64,000 bases of DNA from a virus. Lineage: Duplodnaviria > Caudoviricetes. The notes under the pieces were generated by a model. The model ran no database searches. It had not been told where the DNA came from and was given only the letters and a program-made list of their open reading frames with translations. The position numbers were made by a program, and so were the translations under genes. This document shows, in pieces, positions 63,485 to 64,000 of this stretch. The stretch spans positions 2,451-66,450 of IMG/VR virus record IMGVR_UViG_3300017754_001850; one strand, given 5' to 3'. Each line of letters begins with the position of its first letter. Position 1 is the stretch's first letter.

Positions 63485-64000
63485 ATGGAAAAGAAAATCT
63501 ACGTCCCTGAACTCGGAGCAAATGTAGCCTACGACGACTCGTGGCCTGCCGAGTACGTGCAGCAGATGGTGTCGAAGTTGATCCGCGAGAAGGGGGCGCA
63601 GCAAGCGCCTCAGCCCAAGCCGGAAACAAACGCACTAGGCCACCTCTGGGAAGCACAGAAAGGTGTGTGGTCTGGAGCGGCGGAAGGTGTCGCTGCGATC
63701 CCAACTGGACTCGGCGGAATCCTCGACAATCAAACGCTAAAGGCCATGGGCGAGGCGATTCGCAATAATCGCATCACCGAGAACTTCAAAGCGAATCCAG
63801 GCTACGAGGATAGCATCGCACGGCAGGGCGGCGAGATTGCGGGGAACCTGCTCACGATGCTTGGCCCCGGCATGGCGGCGAATGCGCTGAAGGCTCCGGC
63901 ATTAGCCGCTCGGCTGGCTGGTCCAGCTATGGGTATGCTACAAGGGTCTTCGGAGCAGGTACAGCGAGCGCAGCAGAACCGCGCCCAAGGCATGGAAGTA
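63485..64000 (+). CDS. N-terminus of a large internal virion protein, 3'-truncated
   Basis: Translated by hand: MEKKIYVPELGANVAYDDSWP...; open to the window end. Confidence 0.75.
   Translation, partial: MEKKIYVPELGANVAYDDSWPAEYVQQMVSKLIREKGAQQAPQPKPETNALGHLWEAQKGVWSGAAEGVAAIPTGLGGILDNQTLKAMGEAIRNNRITENFKANPGYEDSIARQGGEIAGNLLTMLGPGMAANALKAPALAARLAGPAMGMLQGSSEQVQRAQQNRAQGMEV

Noticed and set aside
1-64000. tRNA, tmRNA or hammerhead genes
   Set aside because: GTTCGA-like and CTGATGA-like hits all fell inside CDSs without cloverleaf or core structure. This was a by-eye scan only; tRNAscan-SE and Infernal would be decisive.

Overview
The window is most of a tailed dsDNA phage genome (podovirus-like; P22/BPP-1-type head and tail module). 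It appears to be opened inside a giant internal virion gene: the window starts in the C-terminal part of such a protein and ends in the N-terminal part of one. Layout: (1) 1-7137 (+): end of the large protein, then an RHH/serine-recombinase operon carrying two signal-peptide fibre-like genes. (2) 7139-29352 (-): a long early region of small ORFs with homing endonucleases, a PAPS-reductase-family gene, a DNA methyltransferase and a YqaJ/RecT/SSB recombination module. (3) 29498-30780: a lone terminase small subunit, a pac-like stretch and a TGTTCC iteron origin. (4) 30799-36438 (-): replication genes. (5) 36487-64000 (+): terminase, portal, GroES-like protein, scaffold, capsid, fibres, tail and ejection proteins. 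Strongest oddities: an SF2 helicase whose motifs V-VI have moved to the N-terminus; four Cys-paired fibre-like proteins with Sec-type signal peptides; a membrane-anchored PAS protein in the tail module; leaderless RHH micro-regulators heading most operons; and a family of long intergenic hairpins in the early operon. I saw no integrase, DNA polymerase, catalytic primase domain, endolysin, tRNA or CRISPR array. All annotation is by eye, with no database searches. An Acidobacteria-like host is only an inference from signal-peptide style.
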